Both the position numbers and the translations under genes were made by a program. Under the pieces are notes generated by a model, which saw only the letters and a list, made by a program, of their open reading frames with translations, was not told where the DNA came from and ran no database searches. From contig JAAFKJ010000073.1 in NCBI GenBank assembly GCA_021399395.1, positions 1 through 36,806 on the forward strand: 36,806 nt of DNA, written 5' to 3'. Shown here one piece after another: positions 9,450 to 20,661 of the stretch. Numbering within the stretch: the stretch's first letter is position 1; the number at the start of each line of letters is the position of its first letter. The stretch is from Candidatus Heimdallarchaeota archaeon (GTDB lineage: Archaea > Asgardarchaeota > Heimdallarchaeia > Heimdallarchaeales > Heimdallarchaeaceae).

Positions 9450-11051
9450 ATGAATAGTAAAGTAGCAATGAAGATATCTACGTTAATAATTTCTTCTTTG
9501 TTGATTCTTCAATCATCAATTGGTCTTAGTTATTTACAAATTGAAGGGTTTTGTTATCAAGATTTGTCAAAGGAAGTAGAGTATGATCAGATTAATTCAG
9601 GAAGATTCGAAGGATATAATCTATATACAGTTCAAAGGTATGATAGTGATACTTGGAAACAAATTAATAGAACGTTGGTTATCTCGGATTTAAGCGGAAA
9701 TATCTATTTCTCTAAAGAAATTCCTGTAAATTCAGCAGGACTCAATAATGCAGAATTCATCAATTCTACAACAATCTTGTACGGGGATAAAAACGGTGCT
9801 TATCTCTGGAATTTCGAAACAGATGTATCAAATGATCTTAATTTCAATGGACATCATGAATATGAGAGAAATTATGCTAATAACACTTATTTCTCATTGT
9901 CTGTTGAGCCAATTGAAATAGATGGTGCATCATATCTATTTGATAGAATAATTGAGTATGATGAAGATGGAGAGGAGGTTTGGTCTGTTAGTACTTCGAG
10001 TTTTGTGAGTCATACTCATTGGTGCCCATACGAAGATATGTCAGGATCTAATAGAGATTTAACTCACTCAAATACTGTTTTCTATGACGATGCAGAAGAT
10101 GTGATTTACATAAATGTAAGAAATACAAATACATTCTATAAAATAGACCACAAGACTGGAGAACCAATCTGGGGTTTAGGAGAATTTGGAAATTTCACTT
10201 TGTTTGATATAAATGGTAATGAAAGAGACATACTTTTCTATCATACTCATGGACTCGAAAAGATATCAGCTAATAAATTCTCGGTGTTTGATAATGATGA
10301 ACACAACCAAACAGATGGTACCAATCATCGCTCTAGATTATTAGAAATAACCATAGATGAAGACAAGATGTATGCAAATGTTTCTTGGGAGTGGATATCT
10401 CCTGTAGATTATTATAGTGGTTGGTTTGGTGATTGTGATTTACTACCAAATAACAACTATCTTGGTGTTTTTGGTGCTCAAACTCGCCCAGATACAACTT
10501 ATGGTGCAAGATTAGTTGAAGTAAACACGGAAGGGGAAATCGTTTGGGAATATTCCTACGAAAGAGCTGGATCAGATACTTTTGGGATTTATAGAGTGGA
10601 AAGATTCAGATTTGAACCTATAGTTTCAGAACCAACATATTACAGTTTGGGTGAGAATGATAGTTATTTAGAATGGGATGTGCGGTACAATTTTAGAGCT
10701 AAAACAGAATTCGAAGGTCAATATTTCATCTCATTAGATAATTCTCTCGTTGAGAATGGAACAATTGAGTTACCACGATTTTGGAAGAGTACAAAAGTAA
10801 GACATAATATTTCACCCACAGACTATGCAGAACACAAGGTTTCTTTAGTTATCTCTGACGAAGCGGGTCACCTCTCAAATGAGACAGATAGATATGAACC
10901 TATAGGAACTATATCACATGAAAGTGTAGGAAGAATTGGATTAGTACTTGGTCTCTCTTTAGGATTGGGTATACCTTCATTATCTGGAATAATCGCAGTC
11001 ATTTGGAAAAGACTTTCACCACATAAATCGTTTTTCAAAAAAAAGGAATAA
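9450..11051 (+). CDS. Arylsulfotransferase (ASST)-like secreted beta-propeller protein with C-terminal TM anchor, paralog 1
   Basis: Motifs GHHE, DLTHSN, NVRN, YHTH, FDND...SRLLE, consistent with the His/His-x-Asn/Arg/His set of PAPS-independent arylsulfotransferases; signal peptide; C-terminal TM plus Lys tail. Confidence 0.75.
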   Translation: MNSKVAMKISTLIISSLLILQSSIGLSYLQIEGFCYQDLSKEVEYDQINSGRFEGYNLYTVQRYDSDTWKQINRTLVISDLSGNIYFSKEIPVNSAGLNNAEFINSTTILYGDKNGAYLWNFETDVSNDLNFNGHHEYERNYANNTYFSLSVEPIEIDGASYLFDRIIEYDEDGEEVWSVSTSSFVSHTHWCPYEDMSGSNRDLTHSNTVFYDDAEDVIYINVRNTNTFYKIDHKTGEPIWGLGEFGNFTLFDINGNERDILFYHTHGLEKISANKFSVFDNDEHNQTDGTNHRSRLLEITIDEDKMYANVSWEWISPVDYYSGWFGDCDLLPNNNYLGVFGAQTRPDTTYGARLVEVNTEGEIVWEYSYERAGSDTFGIYRVERFRFEPIVSEPTYYSLGENDSYLEWDVRYNFRAKTEFEGQYFISLDNSLVENGTIELPRFWKSTKVRHNISPTDYAEHKVSLVISDEAGHLSNETDRYEPIGTISHESVGRIGLVLGLSLGLGIPSLSGIIAVIWKRLSPHKSFFKKKE

Positions 11052-11072
11052 TATATTAGTTTCTTATTTTCT

Positions 11073-11873
11073 TTACTTAATGTATTGCTTTTCTAGTTTT
11101 TCAATAAGATTAATAGTTTCTTCTGAAAAAGATGGGATTTCTACTCTATCTTTCAACACTGCTTTATTATACAATCTGAAGAAACTGAAAGGATTACCAA
11201 TATCTCTTAGCATTTCATCAAGAAGTGAATTTTTGATTATTATATTTGCCATATAGTATCCTAGAGGATTTCCATAAGGAGGAACAAATTCTCTCAACTC
11301 TTCTCCTAACTTTTCGTGTTGTGATGCTTCTTGAGAAATCTTAACTAAAATATCGTTGAGATTTGTTATTACTTTGGGAATATTCCGTAAAGTTGCTTTA
11401 AATTCAGTGATATATCCATCGTTGGAGAAAGAGTGATTGTCTTCATGTAGAAAATAATCTATATCAATGTGGTCACCTATTCCCTCTATGTTTATTGTTT
11501 CCATTGTTCTAATAATATCCATATCTTCTTCTGCAATAGCATCGATATCATATTTACGTAATTCTAAGCATAACATACTATGTACTCTATGTGAAACTTT
11601 CGAAACAAAAGCTTCTGTTTGGGTTGTGAATATAGGATCTATAGCGATTGATCCTTCTGTTTCTTTTTCCTCAATAAGGGAACGTATTGATACAGTAATC
11701 TCAGCAGTAAATTCTCTGAAAGGCAATAATGAGGAAGCTCTTGTTATAATAGCATCTTCGATTCTTTTCCAATCTTTCTTGAGGGATTTTACACCTTCTA
11801 GATATTTCTCGTTAATGTTCATGTTTTCTTCAATAGATTCATCAAATCTCGAGGTATCAAGTATAATCTTCAT
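11073..11873 (-). CDS. Hypothetical protein, possibly DUF5700/zincin-like with degenerate HExxH
   Basis: SHRVHS at the position expected for HExxH, followed by EGIGD and Y..GYYMA..I...NPFSFF.LYN; family call is from memory and tentative. Confidence 0.5.
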   Translation of the reverse strand: MKIILDTSRFDESIEENMNINEKYLEGVKSLKKDWKRIEDAIITRASSLLPFREFTAEITVSIRSLIEEKETEGSIAIDPIFTTQTEAFVSKVSHRVHSMLCLELRKYDIDAIAEEDMDIIRTMETINIEGIGDHIDIDYFLHEDNHSFSNDGYITEFKATLRNIPKVITNLNDILVKISQEASQHEKLGEELREFVPPYGNPLGYYMANIIIKNSLLDEMLRDIGNPFSFFRLYNKAVLKDRVEIPSFSEETINLIEKLEKQYIK

Positions 11874-11896
11874 TGTATCATTCCTACTAATTATTT

Positions 11897-13975
11897 CTAT
11901 TCTCCCAAACCTAATTGTTCTTTCATCAAACTAAATTCAGTTGTAGGTCGTTTGCATGAAAATTGCTCACAAACATAAGCTGTAGTCTTGTTTTTCTGCG
12001 TTTTGAAATCTTTGAGATGAGCTAGTGTTTGCTCAATTTCATTCTCTTTTTCAGTATTCTTGAAGAGAACTACCTTGTTTGGTAAAAAGTTTTGATAAAG
12101 AACATCAAGCATTTCTTTATAATTGTTATCAGTCTCTTTGCCAACCAAAACTATCTCATAAGCAGGACCTATGGCATAGTCCAAACTAGAGATCAAGAAT
12201 GTAAATGCTGATGGTACTTTAGAAACTTGCTTAGCAAAAACAGCCATCAAGTGAGCAGCTGTCTCCTCAAAATCGGGCTTAGAATATATTCTGCTTAGTT
12301 TTAATAGATTTAGCATCATTACGGAATTACCTGAAGGTATAGCTCCATCGTAAATTAGTTTCTCTCTTACAAGCAGTTTTTCTCCATCATCAGGTGAGAA
12401 ATAGAAACCACCAGTTTCATTATCCAGAAAATGTTTCATTACAATGGAATTCAATTGTGTTGCTTTTTCTAAAAATTCAATTTTGAAGCTGGTTTCATAT
12501 AACTCTAGCAATCCCCAAATTAGAAAAGCATAATCATCTAGATTAGATGTTAGAGCTGCTTCTCCATCACGATATCTGTGAATCAATCGACCCTCACTGG
12601 TAATTAGTTTAGAGAAGATGAAATTAACAGCTTTTTCAGCTGCATCTTGATACTTCTGTTCTCCAAAAACCCTTGATGCTTTAGCTAGTGCAGAGATCAT
12701 CAAGCCGTTCCAATCTGTAAGAATTTTATCATCTTTTAAAGGATGAATTCTTTTTTCTCTTACTTCAAATATTTTTATTCTAATTAGTTCTAATTTCTTC
12801 TTTTCTTCAACTGAAGGAAAACCTTTGAGATGGAGAATATTATCACCGGTTTTCTCTTTAGTAGTTTCTTCAAGATAATTCCCTTCTTCTTCCATTCTAT
12901 AAAATTTGGAGAAGAACTTCATTTCTTCTTCAGTCAAAATTCCCTTCACTTCTTTCAATGTCCAAACGTAGAATTTTCCTTCGACTCCTTCACTATCTGC
13001 ATCTTCAGCAGAATAAAAACCACCCTCTGGAGAAGTCATATCTCTTAGAACATATTCAAGGATAGCTTTGGCTGTTTCACTATAGGTTTCCTTCTTGGTT
13101 ATCTGGAATGTTTCAGTATAAGCTATAGTTAACATTGCTTGATCATAAAGCATTTTTTCAAAGTGAGGTACCAACCACTCTCTATCCGTTGAATAACGAT
13201 GAAAACCAAATCCTATGTGATCAAATATTCCCCCCAAATGCATTTTCTGCAAAGTTGTTTCTACCATAGATAGAGCTCGTTTGTCTCTAAATCTTTTCCA
13301 GTATCTTAATAGAAAAATAAGGTTATGAGGGCTAGGAAACTTAGGTGTTGTAGCAAAACCGCCTAGTTTCTCGTCAAACCTGTTGTCCAATTCATCAAGA
13401 GCACGGATTATTAGTTCATCACCATTGTATTCAGTTTGATAAGGACTAGCTGCTTTCTGTAGAACATCAGTGATTTTGACAGCTGTTTCAATAATCTCTT
13501 CCTTCTTTTCTACCCAAACAGTTGCAATTTGATCCAAAAGTTCCATCAAACCTGTGGCACCAAATCTACTGGTTTTAGGGAAATATGTACCTGCAAAGAA
13601 GGGTTGCTTATCAGGTGTCATGAAAATTGTTAATGGCCATCCACCTCTTCCTGTAGTTATTTGAGCAACACTCATGTAAATACTATCAATATCAGGTCTT
13701 TCTTCTCTGTCAACCTTGATAGCAATAAATTTTTCATTCATTTTTGCAGCTACTTCTTCATCCTCGAATGATTCATGTTCCATGACATGGCACCAGTGAC
13801 AAGTGGAATAACCTATTGAAAGGAAAATTGGCTTGTTCTCACTCTTTGCCTTTTGAAAAGCTTCCTCTCCCCATGGATACCAATTAACCGGATTGTATGC
13901 ATGTTGAAGAAGATATGGACTTTTCTCATTTATCAAATTATTTGATTTCTCTAATGGTTTGTTTGACTCATTCAT
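11897..13975 (-). CDS. yyaL: Thioredoxin-domain protein of the YyaL/SPATA20 (DUF255) family
   Basis: [83 protein letters not shown]. Confidence 0.93.
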   Translation of the reverse strand: MNESNKPLEKSNNLINEKSPYLLQHAYNPVNWYPWGEEAFQKAKSENKPIFLSIGYSTCHWCHVMEHESFEDEEVAAKMNEKFIAIKVDREERPDIDSIYMSVAQITTGRGGWPLTIFMTPDKQPFFAGTYFPKTSRFGATGLMELLDQIATVWVEKKEEIIETAVKITDVLQKAASPYQTEYNGDELIIRALDELDNRFDEKLGGFATTPKFPSPHNLIFLLRYWKRFRDKRALSMVETTLQKMHLGGIFDHIGFGFHRYSTDREWLVPHFEKMLYDQAMLTIAYTETFQITKKETYSETAKAILEYVLRDMTSPEGGFYSAEDADSEGVEGKFYVWTLKEVKGILTEEEMKFFSKFYRMEEEGNYLEETTKEKTGDNILHLKGFPSVEEKKKLELIRIKIFEVREKRIHPLKDDKILTDWNGLMISALAKASRVFGEQKYQDAAEKAVNFIFSKLITSEGRLIHRYRDGEAALTSNLDDYAFLIWGLLELYETSFKIEFLEKATQLNSIVMKHFLDNETGGFYFSPDDGEKLLVREKLIYDGAIPSGNSVMMLNLLKLSRIYSKPDFEETAAHLMAVFAKQVSKVPSAFTFLISSLDYAIGPAYEIVLVGKETDNNYKEMLDVLYQNFLPNKVVLFKNTEKENEIEQTLAHLKDFKTQKNKTTAYVCEQFSCKRPTTEFSLMKEQLGLGE

Positions 13976-14101
13976 CGCTGAACAGACAAAGGTAGTGATT
14001 CTTTTTAAATTCTATCCATCACACATTATTTCAAATCATAGCTGATATTTGATTTAGAACATACAAAATATTAAAAGCAAAATTTACAGATAGATGATAT
14101 A

Positions 14102-15679
14102 ATGCTTCACCAGATCTATACTCTTGGAAATAAGCATCGACAGACCATAGCATTATTTCTTATCTTAAATATCTTAATTGTAGGTTTCCAAACTGAAAAC
14201 ACATATGGCGATCCATTACATCTAAACGTTATAATTGGTGATTCTTATCTTTCACAAGAAGCGTATGAAGGGTTTAATCTCTTCTTATTAGAAAGAAGAA
14301 ATTTCATTGAGTATAAAGTTCTGAATAGAACAATATTGATTACGGATTTAGAGGGACAGATCTACCTAGAAAATGAGATAGGGATTATAAAGGACATCTG
14401 CGCAGTACCTGTTGAATTTGTTAATTCAACAACCATTCTCTATGTTGACAATAATGGAGCAAATCTGTGGAATTTAGCTGTAGGAAAATCTGTAGAACTG
14501 GGACCTGTTGGGCACCATGAAGTGGAATTCAATTATGGTAACAATTCTTATTTCACTCTCCAAGCATATCATACAGATGAAGGTGAATTAACTTCAGTAT
14601 ATGAGAGAATTGTAGAATATTCTTTTGCTGGAGAAGAAATCTGGTCGGTTGACACTCACGATTTTGTTAATATTTCTCACTGGTGCCCATATGAAGATAT
14701 GTCAGGAGATCGAAGAGATGTAACACATTCTAATACTATTTTCTACGATGAACCGAATGACATTATTTACTTAAATTGCAGAAATACTAACACGTTCTAT
14801 AAGATTGATCACAAGACGGGGGAGTTAGTTTGGAGTTTAGGTGAATTTGGTGACTTTTCACTATATGACATAGATGGTAATATGAAAGATTCGTTATTTT
14901 ACCATGCCCATGCACTTGAGATGATTGAAGAAAATAAATTCGTCATCTTCGATAATGATCTTCATAACAAAACCAATGCAAATAACTTGCGTTCACGACT
15001 CGTTGAGATAACTGTTGATTATGATAAGATGATAGCAAACATTTCACGAGAATGGATATCTCCTACAGATTATTATAGTGGGATCTGGGGAGATTGCGAT
15101 CTTCTCCCAAATGGCAATTTTCTAGGAGTATTTGGAACACTAAGTCATCCTGATTCAGAATATGGAGCCAGATTAGTAGAAGTAAATAAAGATAACGACA
15201 TTGTGTGGGAACATTCTTTTCCACAACAAGGTCAAGAATCTTATGCAGTTTATAGAATGGAACGTTTTCGATTTTCCCCTTATGTATCTGAACCTATTCT
15301 TTTGGATTTAGGAGTAAATGGGAGCTTTCTAGAATGGAATGTGTGGTATAATTTCAGATCAAAAACAGAATTTACGGGAAAGTACTATATTTCTATTGAT
15401 GATGAAATTGTTGAAAATAACACCATAGTTTTTCCGAGATTATGGAAGCCAACAACTATCTCTTTGAATGTCACAAACTATATTATTGGTGATCATGAAT
15501 TCTCTTTAGCTGTTGCAGATGAAAGCAATCATTTCTCAAATGACACTGAAGTCTATAAATCTTTCAGCAATATCTCTGTAACAATTTTTAATGAGTCAGG
15601 TTTTGATATTAAACAACTAATTACATATCCAGTAATTGCTGTTTTCCTCATGTTGATAATTAGGAAACGAAGACTTTGA
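14102..15679 (+). CDS. ASST-like secreted protein, paralog 2
   Basis: GHHE, DVTHSN, NCRN, YHAH, FDND, WGDCDLLPNGN; tail SGF + TM + RKRR. Confidence 0.75.
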   Translation: MLHQIYTLGNKHRQTIALFLILNILIVGFQTENTYGDPLHLNVIIGDSYLSQEAYEGFNLFLLERRNFIEYKVLNRTILITDLEGQIYLENEIGIIKDICAVPVEFVNSTTILYVDNNGANLWNLAVGKSVELGPVGHHEVEFNYGNNSYFTLQAYHTDEGELTSVYERIVEYSFAGEEIWSVDTHDFVNISHWCPYEDMSGDRRDVTHSNTIFYDEPNDIIYLNCRNTNTFYKIDHKTGELVWSLGEFGDFSLYDIDGNMKDSLFYHAHALEMIEENKFVIFDNDLHNKTNANNLRSRLVEITVDYDKMIANISREWISPTDYYSGIWGDCDLLPNGNFLGVFGTLSHPDSEYGARLVEVNKDNDIVWEHSFPQQGQESYAVYRMERFRFSPYVSEPILLDLGVNGSFLEWNVWYNFRSKTEFTGKYYISIDDEIVENNTIVFPRLWKPTTISLNVTNYIIGDHEFSLAVADESNHFSNDTEVYKSFSNISVTIFNESGFDIKQLITYPVIAVFLMLIIRKRRL

Positions 15680-15715
15680 TCAGAACTTTACGAGGTTAAA
15701 TAATAAAAAATTTAT

Positions 15716-17344
15716 ATGCATCAAATACTACTCTTTCCAATGAGCTTCCTTTCAACCAAAAAACTGTTTACGATTGTTTTGATTTCCTTTCTTACAATAC
15801 AAGCTACAACAGTTCAGAGCTTTAACCTTAATAATAATATCAAATATGATTACTTCTTTGAGGTCGTGAAATTTGATGTAACTGCCAGTTCTGATAGGTT
15901 TGAAGGTTACAATCTTTTTGTTGTAGAAAGGCATGACGGTGTTACATGGGCAGCATTTAATAGAACGCTAGTAATTGCAGATTTGGATGGAAATATTTAC
16001 TTCACTAAGGAACTATATACTGAAGGAGCTTTAGCAGATTACGCAACAGAATTTGTTAACTCTACAACCATACTTTATGGAGATGAGGATGGCTCTTATC
16101 TATGGAATCTGGAAACAGATATCACCCAATATCTGAATTTTAGTGGGCATCATGATTATGAACGAAATTATGCAAATGACACATATTTTGCACTACAAGG
16201 AGAGATTGTAAAAGAAGAGTACAACTCGTATTTATTCGATAGGATTATCGAATATGATTCAACTGGTGCAGAAATTTGGCACGTCAACACATCTAATTTT
16301 GTTGATTTTACTCAGTGGTGTCCATATGAAGATATGTCAGGATCTCATAGAGATTTAACGCATTCAAATACAGTTTTTTATGATGAAAAAGAGGATGTGA
16401 TATATCTTAATTCTAGAAACCTAAACACCTTCTATAAAATTGATCATAAGACTGGAGATGTCATTTGGGCATTGGGAGAGTATGGTAATTTCACTCTATT
16501 CGATATTAGTGGAAATGAGAAGGATATCTTATTCTTCCATACTCACGCTTTAGAGAAAATCGATTATAATAAATTCATAATGTTTGATAACGATGAACAC
16601 AATCAAACTAATATTACAAATTTTCAATCTAGACTTTTAGAGATCACTATTGATGAAGATAAAATGTATGCAAATGTCTCGTGGGAATGGATTTCTCCTC
16701 GGGAATATTATAGTGGGATCTGGGGAGATTGCGATCTTCTCCCAAATGGCAATTTTCTAGGTGTATTCGGAGTTACAGGACATCCTAATACTGAATATGG
16801 AGCTAGATTAGTTGAAGTTAACATTACAGGTGATATCGTTTGGGAATATTCTTTTGCTAAAGCAGGTTCGGATGTTTTTGGAGTTTATAGAATAGAAAGA
16901 TTCAGATTTGCACCTATAGTTTCAACACCAACATTCCACAATTTAGGAGTAAATGATAGTTATTTAGAATGGGATGTGTGGTATAACTTCAGATCTAAAA
17001 CATTTTTCGAAGGAGAGTTCTACATATCAAAGGATGATGAACTAGTTGAAAGTGGAGCAATAGAATTTCCAAGATACTGGCAGAATACAACAGTAAGATA
17101 TAACATTTCTGAAACAGAATTAGGAGAACATGAAGTCTCTCTTGTGGTTTCAGATGAAGCAGGGCATCTTTCAAATGATACGGATAGATATAGTTCCACA
17201 GGTTCGATCTCTTATAGAACCCTTAGAAAAACCGGATTAGTAATAGGTCTTTCTGTTGGATTAGGAGTATCAATTCTTGCTGGAGTAATTGTACTTGTCT
17301 GGTTTAAATTTGTAAAGAAGAAATCCATTTTCAAGAGAAAGTAA
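15716..17344 (+). CDS. ASST-like secreted protein, paralog 3
   Basis: GHHD, DLTHSN, NSRN, FHTH, FDND, WGDCD; C-terminal TM plus Lys tail; start may be 15740. Confidence 0.75.
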   Translation: MHQILLFPMSFLSTKKLFTIVLISFLTIQATTVQSFNLNNNIKYDYFFEVVKFDVTASSDRFEGYNLFVVERHDGVTWAAFNRTLVIADLDGNIYFTKELYTEGALADYATEFVNSTTILYGDEDGSYLWNLETDITQYLNFSGHHDYERNYANDTYFALQGEIVKEEYNSYLFDRIIEYDSTGAEIWHVNTSNFVDFTQWCPYEDMSGSHRDLTHSNTVFYDEKEDVIYLNSRNLNTFYKIDHKTGDVIWALGEYGNFTLFDISGNEKDILFFHTHALEKIDYNKFIMFDNDEHNQTNITNFQSRLLEITIDEDKMYANVSWEWISPREYYSGIWGDCDLLPNGNFLGVFGVTGHPNTEYGARLVEVNITGDIVWEYSFAKAGSDVFGVYRIERFRFAPIVSTPTFHNLGVNDSYLEWDVWYNFRSKTFFEGEFYISKDDELVESGAIEFPRYWQNTTVRYNISETELGEHEVSLVVSDEAGHLSNDTDRYSSTGSISYRTLRKTGLVIGLSVGLGVSILAGVIVLVWFKFVKKKSIFKRK

Positions 17345-17403
17345 TTTTATTAGTTCCACAGAAATCAGGAGAAAGAATAATAAACACTAGTTGAAAGATT
17401 AAC

Positions 17404-19023
17404 GTGATGGTCTTATTTCTTAGTTTAAATAAATCTAAATTTACAAAAAGAAAAGTTTTCTCACTTATCATCTTTATTCTTATTTTTTCTAGTTCGAATC
17501 CAAATTTATCAGTTTCTGCAGGAACTGTGAAGACTTATGAAACTACCATAAAGAATGTGCTAACAGAAGAAGCTTTTGAAGGATATAATCTATTTGTTCT
17601 TGAAAGAAGTAGTGTTCAAGGATTGATCCCGATAAATAGAACATTATTAATTACAGACTTGGAAGGGAATATTTACTTGAGCAAAGAATTTGGAGGACAA
17701 GCAAATCTAGATTTCTTTGGAGTGGAATTCATAAATTCAACAACGCTACTTTATGGAGACCAAACTGGTGCTAAACTCTGGAATATAGAAACAAATGTCA
17801 CTAAGAATCTATACATCTATGGCCATCACGATTATGAACGAAACTATGCAAATGACACTTACTTTGCTATAAGTAAATACATAGCCAATATAGAGGGTGT
17901 TGATTACCTCTTTGATATTGTCAAAGAATACTTAGATGACGGCTCTCTGGTTTGGCAATTAGACACTAGAGATTTCACTACCCATGAACAATGGTGCCCT
18001 TATGAAGACATGGTAGAGACTTCTAGAGACATCACACATACGAATACTGTTTTTTATGACGAAGATGAAGATGCAATTTACATCAACTGTAGAACGATTA
18101 ATACAATCTATAAAATCGATCATAAAACAAAAGACATAATTTGGTCTTTGGGAGAATACGGTAATTTCACTCTTTTTGACATCTATGGAAATGAGATTGA
18201 CATAATGTTTTATCATGCACATGCTCTCGAGAAAATTGATGATAACACATTCATTATTTTCGACAATGATGAACATAATCAAACTGATAATTCTAATAAA
18301 CAATCAAGAATGCTCGAGTTCAAAATAGATACAAATCGAATGTATGCCAACACAACATGGGAGTGGATAGCTCCAGAAACGTATTTTACTGGGTGGTGGG
18401 GGGATTGCGATGTTCTACCGAATAATAATAGGTTGGGGGTATTTGGCACCCATTGGCATCCTAGTACAAGTATTGGAGCTAGGTTAGTAGAAGTTGATTT
18501 TCATGGTGATATAGTCTGGGAGATGAATTTTGATAAAGATGGACAGGATTGCTTTGGTGTATACAAAATGGAACGATTTCACTTTGCACCAATTGTCTCT
18601 AATCCTGAGTTACATGATCTTGGAGACAATGGGAGTCTAGTTGAATGGGATGTGTGGTACAATTTTAGAGCTAAAACTGAATTCCAAGGAGAATATTTCA
18701 TCTCTATTGATGATGAGGTAGTGGAAACAGGGATTTTAGACTTCCCCAAATATTGGCTACCAACCCAAATCAGTTACTATCTAAATGAGTCTTTTTCAGG
18801 TGACCATGAAATTACTCTTGTTGTATCTGATGAGGGGGGTCACTTGTCGAATGAAACAGATAGATATAGTTCAACAGGTAAGCTGACATTTACTACATCT
18901 CCTCACCTTGCTCTAATCTTAGGCCTTTCAATAGGATTGGGTGTCCCAACTTTAATTGGGATAATGATGATTATAAGGATAAGATTCTTTCCGGATAAGT
19001 CGCTTTTCAAAAAGAAGAAATGA
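17404..19023 (+). CDS. ASST-like secreted protein, paralog 4
   Basis: GHHD, DITHTN, NCRT, YHAH, FDND, WGDCD; C-terminal TM plus KKKK. Confidence 0.75.
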   Translation: MMVLFLSLNKSKFTKRKVFSLIIFILIFSSSNPNLSVSAGTVKTYETTIKNVLTEEAFEGYNLFVLERSSVQGLIPINRTLLITDLEGNIYLSKEFGGQANLDFFGVEFINSTTLLYGDQTGAKLWNIETNVTKNLYIYGHHDYERNYANDTYFAISKYIANIEGVDYLFDIVKEYLDDGSLVWQLDTRDFTTHEQWCPYEDMVETSRDITHTNTVFYDEDEDAIYINCRTINTIYKIDHKTKDIIWSLGEYGNFTLFDIYGNEIDIMFYHAHALEKIDDNTFIIFDNDEHNQTDNSNKQSRMLEFKIDTNRMYANTTWEWIAPETYFTGWWGDCDVLPNNNRLGVFGTHWHPSTSIGARLVEVDFHGDIVWEMNFDKDGQDCFGVYKMERFHFAPIVSNPELHDLGDNGSLVEWDVWYNFRAKTEFQGEYFISIDDEVVETGILDFPKYWLPTQISYYLNESFSGDHEITLVVSDEGGHLSNETDRYSSTGKLTFTTSPHLALILGLSIGLGVPTLIGIMMIIRIRFFPDKSLFKKKK

Positions 19024-19062
19024 AACATAAAAAATAAAAATATGCTCTGAGATGAACAGTTA

Positions 19063-20655
19063 ATGTCGTGTGTATCTATCAATTTACTACTCAAATCGAA
19101 GAAAGTGATTATACTTATTTTTGTTCTTCTAAACTCTGTAATCCTCTCTTCTAATCTATCAATCACAGCTGATATAGATGATTATCTGTTTGAAGCTAAT
19201 CTAGAGTATAATGACGCAGATAAGAGGTTTGATGGATACAATCTATTTGTGGTTGAAAAAAGAGACAAATATGACTGGCATATTGAGAACAGAACACTCT
19301 TGATAACTGATATGGATGGAAACATCTACTTTGATAGACAATTAGGGATTACAAGTGTTTTTGTTGACTATACTGCTAAATTTATCGATTCTAAAACAGT
19401 TATGTATGGAGAAGATGATGGAATTAGGTTATGGAATATCGAAACTAACGAAACATTACAGTTGGATATTGCAGGACATCACGATTACGATAAGAATTAC
19501 AAAAGAAACTCATATTACTCAGTTTATGGCTATGCAGATGAAATCGATGAAGTGAAATATATTTTCGATTACATAAAGGAGACGAGAGCTGATGGGACAG
19601 ATATATGGTCCATTAGTACCAGAGAATTTTTGAGTTTAGATCAATGGTGTTCATATGAGGATATGTTAGGAGAATCGAGAGATATTTCTCACGTAAACAC
19701 TTTATGTTATGATGAAGATGATGATTCCCTTTATGTAAATGTCAGGAATGTAAATACGTTTTATAAAATCGACATTCAAACTAAAGAAATTGTATGGGGA
19801 TTAGGAGAATATGGAGATTTTACCTTGTATGATATTAATGGTCAACAGAAAGATGTTCTTTTCTATCACGCACATGCTATTGAAAAAAGTAGAGATAATA
19901 CTTTTGTTTTATTTGATAATGATTTTCATAATGAGACAAATGCCAACAATAGAGAGTCGAGATTGCTTGAAATCGTAATTGACGAAGATAAAATGCAAGC
20001 TAATGTAACTTGGGAGTGGAACTCGCCTATAGATTATTATAGTGACATCTGGGGAGACTGTGATGTTCTACCAAATAATAATAGGTTGGGGGTATTTGGA
20101 ACTCATACTCATCCCAGAACAGATTTGGGTGCAAGGTTAGTTGAAGTAGATTTTAATGGCGATATTGTTTGGGAAATGTCTATTCCTGAACAAAAAGGGT
20201 TCACCTATGGTGTTTACACAATTGAGAGAATACATTTTGCTCCAATAGTTTCTGAACCAGTCTTTATAGATGAAGGTGGTGGTTCAGGTTATCTTTTATG
20301 GGATGTGTGGTACAATTTTAGAGCTAAAACAGAGTTTGAGGGGATGTATTATATCAATGTTGATGGAGTAGATGTTGTAACAGATCAGATTGTTTTTCCT
20401 AAATACTGGCAAAGTGAAAAGATAAAATATTATACAGATTTAGCTAATGTTCAAAGTCAAGATATTTCTCTAATAGTTGAGGATGAAGCAGGTCATAGAT
20501 CGAATGTGAGTGAGAGCTATTCGCCTATTGGATCAATAGATATGAAAATAATAACGCAAAGACTCTCAGAATCTAATCTGATTGTTACAATTGCTCTTAT
20601 TTGTTTAATCATAAGATATAAGCTAAAGAAACCAAAAAAGAAAGTAAATTTGTGA
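19063..20655 (+). CDS. ASST-like secreted protein, paralog 5
   Basis: GHHD, DISHVN, NVRN, YHAH, FDND, WGDCD; short hydrophobic tail plus basic C-terminus. Confidence 0.75.
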   Translation: MSCVSINLLLKSKKVIILIFVLLNSVILSSNLSITADIDDYLFEANLEYNDADKRFDGYNLFVVEKRDKYDWHIENRTLLITDMDGNIYFDRQLGITSVFVDYTAKFIDSKTVMYGEDDGIRLWNIETNETLQLDIAGHHDYDKNYKRNSYYSVYGYADEIDEVKYIFDYIKETRADGTDIWSISTREFLSLDQWCSYEDMLGESRDISHVNTLCYDEDDDSLYVNVRNVNTFYKIDIQTKEIVWGLGEYGDFTLYDINGQQKDVLFYHAHAIEKSRDNTFVLFDNDFHNETNANNRESRLLEIVIDEDKMQANVTWEWNSPIDYYSDIWGDCDVLPNNNRLGVFGTHTHPRTDLGARLVEVDFNGDIVWEMSIPEQKGFTYGVYTIERIHFAPIVSEPVFIDEGGGSGYLLWDVWYNFRAKTEFEGMYYINVDGVDVVTDQIVFPKYWQSEKIKYYTDLANVQSQDISLIVEDEAGHRSNVSESYSPIGSIDMKIITQRLSESNLIVTIALICLIIRYKLKKPKKKVNL

Positions 20656-20661
20656 TGATTT

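Noticed and set aside
18662-18677. TTTTAGAGCTAAAAC (also near 10691, 20317 and 21897), resembling the Cas9 repeat/tracr start
   Set aside because: It is in-frame coding sequence for the conserved NFRAKT motif of the ASST paralogs; copies are more than 1.5 kb apart, with no spacers or cas genes.
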